NCBI GenBank assembly: GCA_951406725.2
Contig: OX597830.1
Coordinates: 75,702,001-75,766,000 of the forward strand
Origin: Octopus vulgaris
Lineage: Eukaryota
DNA: 64,000 nucleotides
Reading direction: 5' to 3'
A program made the translations under genes and the position numbers. Numbering within the stretch: position 1 is the first letter of the stretch; each line of letters starts with the position of its first letter. The notes under the pieces were generated by a model. That model was not told where the DNA came from, did not search any database, and worked only from the letters and a program-made list of their open reading frames with translations. Below, piece after piece: positions 47,338 to 59,999 of the stretch.

Positions 47338-48257
47338 GTTAATTTGACTTTTCTTGAGGCATTAGAATTACGTATGCTACGAATGTCGACGTTCGTTCTC
47401 CTCCTAGTAACAGCAATGATTTTGAAACGTCCATAAGCACATTACAGAGGAATATATTATTCTTGGTATGAGAGGACTGGTCGAGGCTCTATGGACTCTG
47501 ATAATTTGAGACCGTTGACTCAACATTCAACCCTTTTGGACAACAGTCCTTTGGCAGAGACGACAAACATCCATGCCCACTCGAGCTCAAAAATATACTC
47601 ATACAAATAGAAAGAGTGAAAGATGGAGAAAGATTACTTTCTTTAATAGCCACCAAATATAGCAATGTTACAAAATTGGATATGCCAATCATATATTATA
47701 CACCCTGGCTCAAGAACGAAATTTTCTAAGAAGCTGCAAACCCTGGCACCAATTTTTTTTAGAAACAAGGCATTATTGTATTTTTTAAATATTTTTGTTC
47801 TTTTTCTTTGAGATGAAAATTAACTTCACGTTACTTTTTACTGATCCCTTTTTACGCACTGCTTTTTAAACCTGAGAAAAATAAAGATGTAGTTGTGAAC
47901 ATTTCGATTTTGCATCCCACAAAAATTTTAGGAGGTGCGCCTGCACCCCTTGCACCATCTGGACCCATTGTTTCCGGACCTATGATTATACACATTCCTA
48001 ACAACTGGTACGTGCCTATTAATCGCTAGTAGAGAACCATGTTATGGAAACCTAAGTTTTCCATATATTTGGTACTTTGTCATGGTTGCATAACGAAGTA
48101 CAGTATCCTAGCAGCAATTAATATGGAAACTTTATTTACATCTAACGGGGTCTCTGGACAATGACACAAATCCTTGGAGAAGAGATAGTCATTGGCCAGC
48201 GCTCTTTTTGACGATTTGCATTTGGAGGCCATTTTGAGAGAATAATGATAATTATTT

Positions 48258-48445
48258 TCTGCATTAGACTCAAGACTAATAACTTTGTTAGGGAAGGCTT
48301 TTAGTCAATACAATTGACCCCAGTACATGACTGATATTTTATTTTATTTTCCCTGAAAATATAAAGGGCAAAGTTGACCTCAGCATGATTTGATCACAAA
48401 ACAGAGGGAGTCGAAAGAAACACAGCGATTCTCTAACAATTCTGG
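48258..48445 (-). mobile_element. Diverged SINE family A
   Basis: ttgaccccagtac..aaagggcaaagttgacctcagcatgatttgatc. Confidence 0.68.
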
Positions 48446-49113
48446 AAGCTAATGTTAAATTACAAGATCACAGACTGTTTCATATCTGATAGTATTTCAC
48501 GTTCATAATGATTAATTTTAATTAAACATGGGATAAAACTAAGCATAACAGTGTCCACTCGTTTCGATTACAGAAATCAAGTTTAGGAGGAGATTTTGAA
48601 ATATATACACCCACATTGTTAAGGGTCTTATCACTAGGGATGAGTGATGCAGTGATGTTGATGATTTACTACCGATAGGGAGTAATAGTGAAGTGGTCAT
48701 TGCTAAGTGCATGACCAGTTTTGAAGATGCAACGTGTGTTGCCTCTTGGATGCTCCTTCGGAATAGTTCTTTGTGAAAATAGAAGAGGACGTCAAAGAAG
48801 AAGCTGCTGCTGCTGCTGCTGTTGGTGTTGTTGTTGTTGTTGTTGTTATTGTTGTTGTTGTTGAGCAACAAGACGGGTAAGGGTGATTAGGTAATGGTCT
48901 AGGTCTTAGGGGCGGGAGAACCCAGACCTTAGAGATAAATAGTTTGGTCGTCTTGTTGTAGTCGAGGGCTCTTCGTTGACTGGGAGGTTACCCTCAAAGT
49001 CGCTGGAAATGGAGATTTCCAGGTCCAAATTCTTGAACGGCTGCTGCAGCTGCTATTGTTGGGGATGACGATGATGATGATGATGATGATGATGGTAGTG
49101 GTGGTGGTGGTGG

Positions 49114-49147
<34 letters not shown>

Positions 49148-49399
49148 AATGATAAAAGAACATAAAAAAGCTGGAGACTAAGAAAAGAAGAAATGGGTAA
49201 AGGTCAAAAGAAACGCTCAAGGAAGAAAAATGAAGAAAATAGCACAAAAGGAGAAGAAAAAGGGAGGAAGAGGTGCAGGTGGAAGACGGAGGAGAATCGG
49301 AAGACGAAGAAGAAGAAGAGGAGGAAGAAGAAGAAGAAAAGAAGTAGAAAAGAAGAAGAAGAAGAAGAAGAAGAAGAAGAAGAAGGAAAAGAAGAAGAA

Positions 49400-49459
<60 letters not shown>

Positions 49460-50721
49460 GAAGAAGAATAAGAAGAAGAATAACAACAACAACAGCTACT
49501 ACAACTACTACTACTACTACTACGATAATTGTATCACGTTAGCTTTTTTCATTTTATGATCATAGAAAAGAAAACCTTCCTTTATGGCTCATTTGCAACA
49601 AGTGAAAATTGAAACCGGATTGGGGAATTTAAATCTTCTGCTGCTTGCAAGGAAAAATAAAATGCATGCAAAACCCAAATCATTACCGAAACTTCTCCTC
49701 CTACAAGAGATTAAAAAAAAATGTTTTCGACATCGTACTACCACCCATGACGATACGGTTTCTTACCAAACATATATACATGGACGAACAGTGTTACATC
49801 CCTTCAGGTTTTCAGATACGCTACTGTACCCTGCCATCAACTCATAGCAATTCTCCATTTGCATGGTCCTCTTCATTCTTTTCCTCCTTCGCCAATCCCG
49901 ACACGATTAATTAGCATATAAATACCATAAATTAGCATTTGAATATTGAAAGACAATATATATACATTAGTGAGATTGCACCCTGCTCAGACCATTTTCG
50001 GCATAGAAACATGCAGACGTATTCATAAATATATACATGCTTGCGTGCGTGTGTGTGTTTGTGTTTGTGTGTGTGTGTGACTAACATAAGTGTGTGAGAG
50101 GATCTTTATCATTTCGCTTTTTTATCTTGGAAATCTGAAGAATTTTGAAACAATAAATGCAATCTTACAATTTTAAGTGATATACGTGTGGCGCCATCTA
50201 CATCAGTAACAACGAAATTTTAAAAAGGGGAAATAAAAAAAAATAAAAGAAATGGAAAAAAAATAAGGAAACAACGAAGACAAGCAAAGCAGCAAAAGGA
50301 TGAAATCACTCTAAGAATGTTATCAAAAACCAAAAAACCGAAAATAAAATGAAAAAATAAATAAATAAATAAATATGAAGAATTAAAATAAAAGAAAAAT
50401 AATGAAATAAAGAAGTACTCGTATAGAATCACAGAAATATCTCTTGAGATACGAATACTGTACTGAAAAATAAACAAAAGATATAAACACAAAAACATAC
50501 TAATAGTTAACACACAGCTTGTGTTGAGAACTTTCAGACAAAACAACAATAACAACCAACATACAATGATTGAAAAATAATCCAAGAAAAATTATTAAAA
50601 AAAAAAATACGAAAACGTAACTCCTGTTAATGTAAACTTAATAGCTGCAAGGAGATATGGCTCGTTTAAGTTTCAGCAACACTACCGCTAGGCTTAACGA
50701 GGTTTCCTCCCCTTTGCCTGC

Positions 50722-50788
50722 ATGTATTTCAGCTTGCACCCAGCTGTAGCGCTGCTGGTTTCTGTTGCAATCTCAGCGGGTTTAAAAG
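50722..50788 (+). CDS. Candidate first coding exon encoding a signal peptide (MYFSLHPAVALLVSVAISAGLK, phase-1 intron)
   Basis: ATG preceded by an in-frame TAA; hydrophobic AVALLVSVAISA core; donor AAG|GTATGA; GC-richer unique island after an A-rich UTR-like tract. No downstream exon identified. Confidence 0.5.
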
Positions 50789-51271
50789 GTATGATATGTA
50801 TGTAAGTATGTTGATGGTTGGATGTGGTGTTTTGTTTGATATATTTTTTTTTATTTCTCTTGTTTTCTATTATTTTTTTTTTTTAGTGGATGGGAGGTGG
50901 ATTTGTTTCTTCTTTTAAGTAAGAGAGAGAGAGAGAGAGTCTTCAGAGTAACAGAGCGAGGATTGGGGCTGCATTAAGGAAATCAAACGTCAAGATACAT
51001 GGAAATGCATTCTTGACGAAAGGAGACTAAAAGTATATTCTGAAAATAAAAACATAAATGACAAAAATAAATAAATATCTGTATAAGTAGATAAGTAGAT
51101 AAAGCCAAAATATGCCGAGGAAATATGGCGCAAAAAACATAAGGATAAAGGGTATAGATAATCTTACCCTCGGTCCTTAGTTGCACCTTCTAAAGATAGC
51201 TTAGTGTCAAGTAAGCATTATGTATATATATATACATGTATATATTTACACTCGCACATGCAGGCACACAC

Positions 51272-51317
<46 letters not shown>

Positions 51318-51320
<3 letters not shown>

Positions 51321-51832
51321 CGCAGGCGTGTCTGTGTGGTAAGAAGCTTCCTTTCCAATCACATAGTTCCGGGTTCAGCCCTACGGCGTGGCACCCTGGT
51401 CGAGTGTCTTCTACTATATACATACGTCTTAAATAATGATAGTAATAGCAATAACTCACAAAATAGTAACATTGCTTATAGAACCACATGGTTCCGGGTT
51501 CAGTCCCACTGCGTGGCACTTTGGACAAGTGTCTTCTACTATAGCCTCGGGCCGATCATGGCATTGTGAGTGGGTTTGGTAGACGGAAACTGAAAGAAAC
51601 CCGTCGCATATATGTGTATGTGTGCGTGTGTGTTCGTGTGTATGTTCCTGTATGTGTGTGTATCTCTTTGTCCCCCCACTTCACCACTACCACTTGACAA
51701 CCGATGTTGGTGTGTTTACGTCCCCGAAATATAACAGTTCAACAAAAGAGATAGATGTAATAAGTACCAAGCTTTAAAAAAAACGAAGTTCTGAGGCGTC
51801 GCCTCCAGCTTGACTAAGGAATAAAGCAAGTA
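51318..51832 (+). mobile_element. SINE family B: head-only copy (51318-51418) and near-full copy (51483-51832)
   Basis: gtgtggtaagaagcttcctttccaatcacatagttccgggttcag; ccacatggttccgggttcagtcccactgcgtggcactttggacaagtgtcttc. Confidence 0.88.
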
Positions 51833-51935
<103 letters not shown>

Positions 51936-52209
51936 TAGATATAGATATAGATATAGATATATGCCAGTGCGTGTGAGTGTGCGTATGTGTGAATGATAAG
52001 TAGACGACGTGAGTTGTTGAGTAGATCTAAAGCCACCCAAAAATTGCATTAGTTCGTCTCATGTTTCCAGCACCGTTGATATGACTATGCCAAACGTATT
52101 TAATTCTCCTTATAATTAACTATAAAACGGAACCACAGTAGGAATGTGAAAATTCTGACAATTATAGCAAGCTTTTCATTTCAGCTCGCTTCCACATATA
52201 TGATTTTCA

Positions 52210-52605
52210 CTTATTTTAAACATTATACCGCGGCAATGCTAGAGTACATCCATGAGTGGTTTAGTCGAACAATTGGACTTCAGTGCATTCATTTTTGTAT
52301 TTTTTTATTTCTGGTACTTCTTTTACCAGTCACTTCTGCCGAATTGCTAAGTTGTGAGGACGTAAACAAATCAAAACTGATTGTCAAGCATTGGCAAAGA
52401 GTAACACGACCTCTATGTTATCATACCTAGCCATTCTTGCGCCCAATGAGTTGATATGCCCTGGTTTTTATAAATCCATATAATAAAATCATTTCACATA
52501 TAATAGAGACAATTTATACACAACCCGGGATTATAGTAGAAGACATCCAAAGTACTGCACAGGAGCACTGAAACAGCAAAGGCCTGATTGCAAAGCGAGC
52601 TTATT
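52210..52605 (-). mobile_element. Highly diverged SINE family B
   Basis: cggcaatgctagagtac..tttagtcga..gccgaattgctaagtt..ggacgtaaaca..tatagtagaagaca. Confidence 0.62.
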
Positions 52606-52728
52606 CAGAAACTCGTTTTTCAATCAGCTTTTTTCGGGTTTTGCAAGTTTGGCTGCGTAGTTAACTATGCAGTCAAACTTGTGCATATATATTTTTGTGG
52701 TGCCCGTATATGTATGTCAAGATCCACC

Positions 52729-52766
<38 letters not shown>

Positions 52767-52789
52767 ACATACATATATACATACATACA

Positions 52790-52847
<58 letters not shown>

Positions 52848-52942
52848 AGAAGAAAAAGAAAATGGTGATTGGGAAGTTAATAATTGCTTATTCAGTCTGC
52901 TATAATGAATCCATAAACACATATAAAACATCCAAGGCTACT

Positions 52943-53029
52943 TTTTCCCTCTGAAGATACTATGCTCAGGTCATCTAAATATAAATTTAATATTCACTGA
53001 GTATTGATTGAAACAGCTGTAAGTGAAGA
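52943..53029 (+). ncRNA. Type I hammerhead motif with extended helix II and palindromic helix III
   Basis: ttttccct CTGAAGA tact-atgctcag-(loop)-ctgagtat-tgatt GAA ACAGCTGT A agtgaaga. Confidence 0.7.
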
Positions 53030-53224
53030 TGATTAATTTGCTGTTAATAATAAACAATTAACTTCCCAATCTCCATTGTCTTTTATATGCACATAAAATA
53101 TGTTTTTATATATATACCTATTATTTTAAGGAAATTATTTCCCCAAAATTACAAGGCATTGAACAAGTATCTTCTTGGATGAAACTATCCCTTTATGAAG
53201 TTAACAGAACCTCTAATCGTATAT

Positions 53225-53289
<65 letters not shown>

Positions 53290-53290
<1 letters not shown>

Positions 53291-53431
53291 GTACTTATTT
53301 AATCGACTCCGAAAGGATGAAAGGCAAAGTCGACCTCGGCGGAATTTGAACTCAAAACGTAACGGCAGATGAAATACCACAAAGCAGTTAGTTTGCCCGG
53401 CGTGCTAACGATTCTAGCAGCTCGCCGCCCT
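53290..53431 (-). mobile_element. 5' part of SINE family A
   Basis: gaaaggatgaaaggcaaagtcgacctcggcggaatttgaactc...gctcgccgcc. Confidence 0.9.
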
Positions 53432-53891
53432 GACTTTCTTAGCTTTAAGCTAGAATGTATGATTTTTTTTCTTTTAAACTAAAGCATCTCCAAATATACC
53501 TTTGATTATTAGGAAAGTAGATGTCACGTGAGATCACCGATTATAATCCCAGCTATACACCCCAGAATTTATTCAATTTTTAAAGCCCGCTATTTATATC
53601 GATGTCTTACAGCGATTAACTAAGTTACGAGAACGGAAACACACCAACACCGGGTGTGAATCGCTGGTGAGGGAAAAACACGGGCACACAGATACACTCA
53701 CAAATATACATATATTCATCACTGGGGATGGGCAAAAGTAGCCCGAAACAGGACAGTCTGGTGGTCCTGACTAGTGACAGAAAGATTATATCGATTCCAT
53801 CGATAACAAGCTGGACGAGGCGTCTTCTTAGGGTTAAAAATGATAGTAACGTCGGTTCGTACGGAACAACCATGTTGAAGTGGCGGCATAC

Positions 53892-53948
<57 letters not shown>

Positions 53949-54390
53949 TATAAAAATACAAAATGGGACAAGAACGCAAAACATTCAAATAGACGACACA
54001 AAAAACGGACGGGTCATTCGAAGCCTCTAATCTTCAGTCAAGAACCGGATCATCCTCGCAATTTCGGTTGATTAATCTTGAGATCGCTCCGATCCGGCCA
54101 GCCCCAAGGAAAAACTAAGCTACGAGCATTAGATTTCTTGGAAGAAGGATTGAATGTATACGAAACAAGGACAGAAAAACGGACGATGCCACGCGAATAT
54201 AAATACAAAAAACAAAAGGTAATAAAGTAGAGTTCACAGTAATCCATAGGTAGGAGAGGTGCAGCCGGAGGGTAAAATGTCCAAAAGAGAATCCGTAAAG
54301 GGTAGAAAGGTAGAAAGTCCAGTAGAGAAGTTCGTGGGTGATAAGAGGAGACAGGATCAACTGGTGCGACAACATGAGAGTGTGATATAT

Positions 54391-54677
54391 GGGGAGAATT
54401 CACAAAAAAAAAAGATGAAAACACGTGGTGTAGAAAACAGATGTATTAGTATAACGCTCAGGAATTGAAAAAGTCTTACGTTTCGAGCTTACGCTCTTCC
54501 ACAGAAAGGAACACAGGAAGAAACAAGGAGAGAAACAAGGAGAAAAAAAAAGGACTGTGGAAGAGCGTAGGCTCGAAACATAAAAGAATTTTTCAATTCC
54601 TGAGCGTTATACTGATACATCTGTTTGTCTTCTACACCACCTGCCTTCGTCTTATGTTTTATTTTCGTGAATTCTCC
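54391..54677. mobile_element. Fold-back element with a hammerhead-like motif in each arm
   Basis: Arms 54393-54504 and 54555-54677 are reverse complements (ggagaattcac..gctcttccacag / ctgtggaagagc..gtgaattctcc). Confidence 0.85.
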
Positions 54678-54695
54678 TTCTATATGAATATATAC

Positions 54696-54776
<81 letters not shown>

Positions 54777-54820
54777 TACATATACATACATACATATATA
54801 TATATATATACATACATTAC

Positions 54821-54851
<31 letters not shown>

Positions 54852-55402
54852 ATCATTATACATACATATATATGGAAGTTTATAGTGTAGTAAGTAGAAG
54901 GTGTAGATGATGGTGGTGGTGTGAGTTAATATTGTTTTTTGTTGTTGTATGTACTTTATTGACGGCAACAACAACGACATCAAGTTGTGTTATTAAGTTA
55001 GAGTTCATTTCGTAATTCTGCACGTGTCATTAACATCAATAATTTAAAAGGAGGAAATTCAACAAAACAAGCGCCAACATTACCACCATCGCCATCCTCA
55101 TTATCATCGCCGTTGTCATCATCATCATCGTTGCCGTCGTCGTCGTATCAACGTTGTCTCAGTGGTTGTCACCCCGCTCCTCCTTGCCACCATCAAAGCA
55201 ACAACAACAATAATAATAATAGTTGCAACAATGACAATACCTACAACTACAAGATAAGGAAACAATGATGGAAGAACAATGCACTAAATAGTTTATATTA
55301 CTGATATAAATGTATAAAAATAATTGAAAAGGTCTTTAAATAAAGAAAATACGCAAAGATGATAAGCGCAGAGAGAGAGAAAAGCACACAGAGCGACTCA
55401 CA

Positions 55403-55421
55403 GACAGACAGATAGAGAAAC

Positions 55422-55494
<73 letters not shown>

Positions 55495-55521
55495 TACAGA
55501 CAGACAGATAGATAGACAGAC

Positions 55522-55556
<35 letters not shown>

Positions 55557-55572
55557 ATATAGATAGACAGAC

Positions 55573-55651
<79 letters not shown>

Positions 55652-55715
55652 CAAGTAGGTAGGTAGGTAGGTAGGTAGGTAGGTAGGTAGGTAGGTAGGT
55701 AGGTAGGTAGGTAGA
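55403..55715. repeat. (AGAT)n/(AGAC)n/(AGGT)n compound array
   Basis: Directly visible. Confidence 0.97.
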
Positions 55716-56664
55716 TACATCGATCGATAGATTGACAGATAGTTACGAAGAACCAAACAAGAATGAAGAAACTAAGTAAAATTTTGTTCCTGCAAAAACC
55801 GATGATATGGAAACGATTGGAACTTCTTTGATCATTGGTCTGCTCGATCAGATTTGACATCAGTTTAAACAACAATAACAACGACTGCAACAACATGTAC
55901 ATTGCTACTGTCAAATATGAAGCCTCCCTGCAGTCGTTTGTCCAACTAGAAATAGCAACAATATCTCCCAGAATTTATATCGTAGTCATAGAAAGAATAA
56001 GGCGTACAGTAAATTATGTGGAATTTAAAAACACGAGGAACTGTCATGGCTAGATTGTCTTTGGTCATAGTAGCCTGTAAATACTCATAGATACAATGAC
56101 GGAGCCTCTTGATGGTCACTGAAGTTGTTAGTAAAAGCAGCCAGTTTTGTGCAGATCTACTCTCATCTTCTTCAAAAATGAACATGCTGGACAATGAATG
56201 CTAGATTACACGATATACAGTAAAATAAAAGATGGGATGGTCACGCCTGGTATAGTTTCGATTATACGTTGTATCCAGCATGATTTTACTCATATATATG
56301 CAAAAGTATCGCCAAGGAAGCCAATAAAATTGATCCTAATTGGTCACTTCACATACTAGAAATAGAACTAAAGTTAGTATTAAAATTAAAGTTTCTATTT
56401 TAAGAATAAAGCGATCTCAAGTTATAGTGGATTGTATAGCAAAGCCGTTTGATATCTAAAGCCCAAAAGAGACGGGATGGTCGTGGGTAGAAATATTTGC
56501 CCATATTTTAATGTCAGTTATGGCCTACTTGCGTCTAAACAACACTTTGCTAATTTCCACTGATTCAGCTTGCAGATCATGTGATAGTCCGTAGTGTTCT
56601 TGAGCATCCGGTTGATCATGATCATTGAATCAATTCTTGAAGCGATAAAACATTAGTGGATGAA

Positions 56665-56840
56665 CCACCGAGGGATGTTTTCCTCAGCGGGTTTTCTCAG
56701 TTTAGGTCAACTAAATTCACTCGCAAGTATCTGGTCACCTCGGGCTATAGTAGAAGACATTTTCCAAAGTTGCCACGCAGTGGAACTGAAACCAAAGCCA
56801 TGTGGTTTGGGAGCAAGCATATCCCCGCAGAGCCATGCCA
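56665..56840 (-). mobile_element. 5' part of diverged SINE family B
   Basis: ggctatagtagaagaca..tgccacgcagtggaactgaaac..ccatgtggtttgggagcaagc. Confidence 0.78.
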
Positions 56841-57204
56841 GTGCTTAATCTATTTTTAGCTAAGTTTCTAGTTCTTACCCTTTCTCTATTTACGATATCA
56901 TACGCGATGGGACTGTTTTGTGTGTGTGCGTGAGTGCGTATGAGTATGTGTGTGCCTGTCTGCCTCTACCTGTGTGTGTGTATGTGTGTGTGTGTGTATG
57001 TATGTATGTGTATGCATGTATGTGTGTGTTTGTATGTTTGTGTTATGAATTATAATTTCTTACTAGATTACAATGTATATTGATATTTGTTGCTTTTATT
57101 TGTTTTGGGGCATGAGTCGATTTCGGATACAATTTCGGATCCATTACACCAAATACGCACGCAAGCATTCACAAACACACGCGCAAACACACACACACAC
57201 GCAC

Positions 57205-57289
<85 letters not shown>

Positions 57290-57412
57290 TATATATGCAT
57301 TGTGTCTGTGATTACGCATGTGTAGGACGGTTTCTTTTGTGTCTGGCAAATTAATTATTAAGTTATATATTCTTAAATATCTTTATCGTACATTCACACA
57401 CATGTATCTATA

Positions 57413-57481
<69 letters not shown>

Positions 57482-58149
57482 GTGTGTGTGTAAGAGTTTA
57501 TAATTATGTATGTTAAATATATTAGTAGTTTTATATACTTCATTCATTAAACAATTTTTCTGATATTAATATATATTTTTGTTTAAAGATTGATTTGTTT
57601 TCCTTTCTTCTTTTGTTATTTGTATATGTTATAATTTAATATCTTAATTTAGTAATTAATTAACCGGGGTGAATTGGCAGAGCTAAATACCATATTTTAA
57701 TCAAAACAAATAAAATTTGTCATTTAATAACGTTTTCCAGGCATTTTTAATTCAGCCACCGAGATTGACAAGTACGCACCGAAGTTTATATTTAGTTATA
57801 AAAAAACATTATTATAAACATTCAGTATAGACTAGTGGAGCGCCGCGTAAAATGTCATGTGGTATTAAGTTACAACACACTATATTCCGAAATCAAAGCC
57901 CACCACGGCCGACTTTAATGTTGATCATTCTTGAGACGAATTTTTCACATAATAATCAACTTAAACTTGTTGCTAGGTTCCTTTATCATCAATAACATTC
58001 TAATACGATTCCCTGTATTATACCGCTGATAAAGTATCATACGTGCGAATGTTTTCATGATTGCTTGTCTACTACTCAAAATCCTGAATGTTTTACACTC
58101 AAGAGATACTTTCGTTATAATTATGAGATATTTAAACATTGAATTACTA

Positions 58150-59824
58150 CAGAGTGACCAAAAGCTTTTCAGAATTTAATAATAGAAACAGTATTATTTC
58201 TAAGTCACTCTAAAGGAGACTACGGTAGCGGTACTGGATATTGACAGTTATGGCCAAGCTAATATGGCAGTCCATAAATATAGGACGAAAGCTACCGTTG
58301 ATTAGCTCCAAGAGGTCATTGCCTTTAGCTAGCTACATGACACACGAACCTGTGTCCATTATAACCTTTGAACAGAGGAGTTCAAGCGTTTCCCCTTGCT
58401 GGTCAGGCATGTGTAGACATATTTCGGGAAAATTGCCCTATATCATTGCAGAGTAGCCGAAACCAGCAGGCGTCGCTACTGACCGTCTGTTCGAAGGATT
58501 ATTTACCTAAATTCAGTGGAATACATCCACTGGTTTTCAAAAATAAAAATAGTATTATTTCTAAGTCTCTCTAAAGGAGACTACGGCAGCGGTACTGGAT
58601 ATTAATAGTTACAAGATATTAATAGAATTTAATAGCTTTTCTAATTTTAAACTTTAGTTCACAATGCCATAGTGTTTTGCAGAATAGATACGGAATATGA
58701 ATTTACGTTAGTTGTGAAAGATTAGATCCTTTAAGTGGTATCCATTTTCGGCTTCACACGAATGTGTCCTTCTCAGAAATATTTTATCACCGACCTTGGT
58801 GTTTCGGTCTCTAGTTCTTTGATTTCTGTCTGAATATTGTCCTTTAGCTGTGTCAGAGACTAAGACTTCTTGACATACACCTGTTCTTTCAGATAGACTC
58901 TTAGGAAGAAATTAGGTTTTGTTACGACTGGGGTAAGTGATGGCCAGTTTATGCTTTAACCACGAGAAATTATTCTTTCTCCAAAACTTTGTCTAAAATG
59001 TTGGATTGTGACACTTGCTGTATGAGCTGAACCCCATTATATGGGAACCACATATCAGGTTTATCTCGAAATAATATCCATAGGAAATTTTCAAACATAA
59101 AGATGGCTGTCAGTTTCGTCTTCAAAAATGAAATGGCCGATCACTTCTTACGTTATCTCATACTATACCGTACTTAATGGGGTGCAATTCATTTTGGACA
59201 ATCGACCTAAGAATTTCAATCTCAAATCTAGCAATTTTGTTGGTTGATATAACCATCCAAATCAAAAATGTTTCGTCCAATATTATTATGATCTTCACTG
59301 GTTAATTCTTCCATTCTAATTGCAGGTCGTAATCGTGTGGCCTCATTTGTTATTCATTTTTTGTATGAAATCAGGCTGATTCCTCGTAAGAATTTGTTGG
59401 AGTGACATCCGAGGCTACCTTCGACTTGATGAGATCCGATCTTCTTCGATATTGTCCGATACTCGCTCAACTACTTCGTTCCTAAACGTACATATTCTAT
59501 CACTTCGTGGAAAGTCACCTACTAAATCTTTCACTCCAAAACGCAAAACGGCACTTCAAATTTCCTAATTATAGATTCACTTAGAGAATCTCTCACTACG
59601 TAATGACTACGATATGCTCGTTGATTTTGAATTATTGATCCTTGTTATTTGATAGTAAAATTTCACTACTTGTGTTGTTTATTCACAGGTATACTTTTTT
59701 CATGTTCAATTTCCAAAATCTTCTTTATAAAATACTCGAAACAAAAGTATAGCAAGTTAAGAAACAAAGAAAAAATGCAACTTCCAGACTCTATGTGGCC
59801 CTATGTGACTTTGGGGCCACTCTG
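58150..59824 (-). mobile_element. Decayed Tc1/mariner-superfamily transposon (rosa/maT-like)
   Basis: TA|cagagtgaccaaaag ... ctttggggccactctg|TA TIRs; minus strand WPSLTPVVTKPNFFLRVYLKEQVYVKKS*SLTQLKDNIQTEI corresponds to WPPRSPDLTPxDFFLWGYLKxxVY..LKxxI. Confidence 0.8.
58182..58623 (+). mobile_element. Terminally redundant insert (361-bp unit plus 70-bp repeat) with TSD, retrozyme-like
   Basis: Direct repeats 58181-58250 and 58542-58611; agaatttaata at 58171-58181 and 58624-58634; partial HHR gtcc..ggac GAAA gcta..tagc TC. Confidence 0.65.
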
Positions 59825-59999
59825 TATAACAGCTCATTTCTGTGATTTACAATATATGCCGACGCATAAGACGCACTCTCGCAAAACAGACATCACTTTC
59901 TTACATGAATATTTTGTGAGGAAAATAGTAAATGTAATATATTTTGTCATATACCTATTGAAAAATATATAAAGTGATTTCGATGGGAAAATATGTGAT

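Noticed and set aside
48880-49045. GC-richer minus-strand open stretch (FKNLDLEISISSDFEG...)
   Set aside because: Bounded by stops, with no start or splice signals and no recognisable homology.
54010-54100. Minus-strand CTGAAGA and CTCAAGA..GAAA as hammerheads
   Set aside because: The core is sequestered in a gaag/cttc hairpin or lacks helices II and III.
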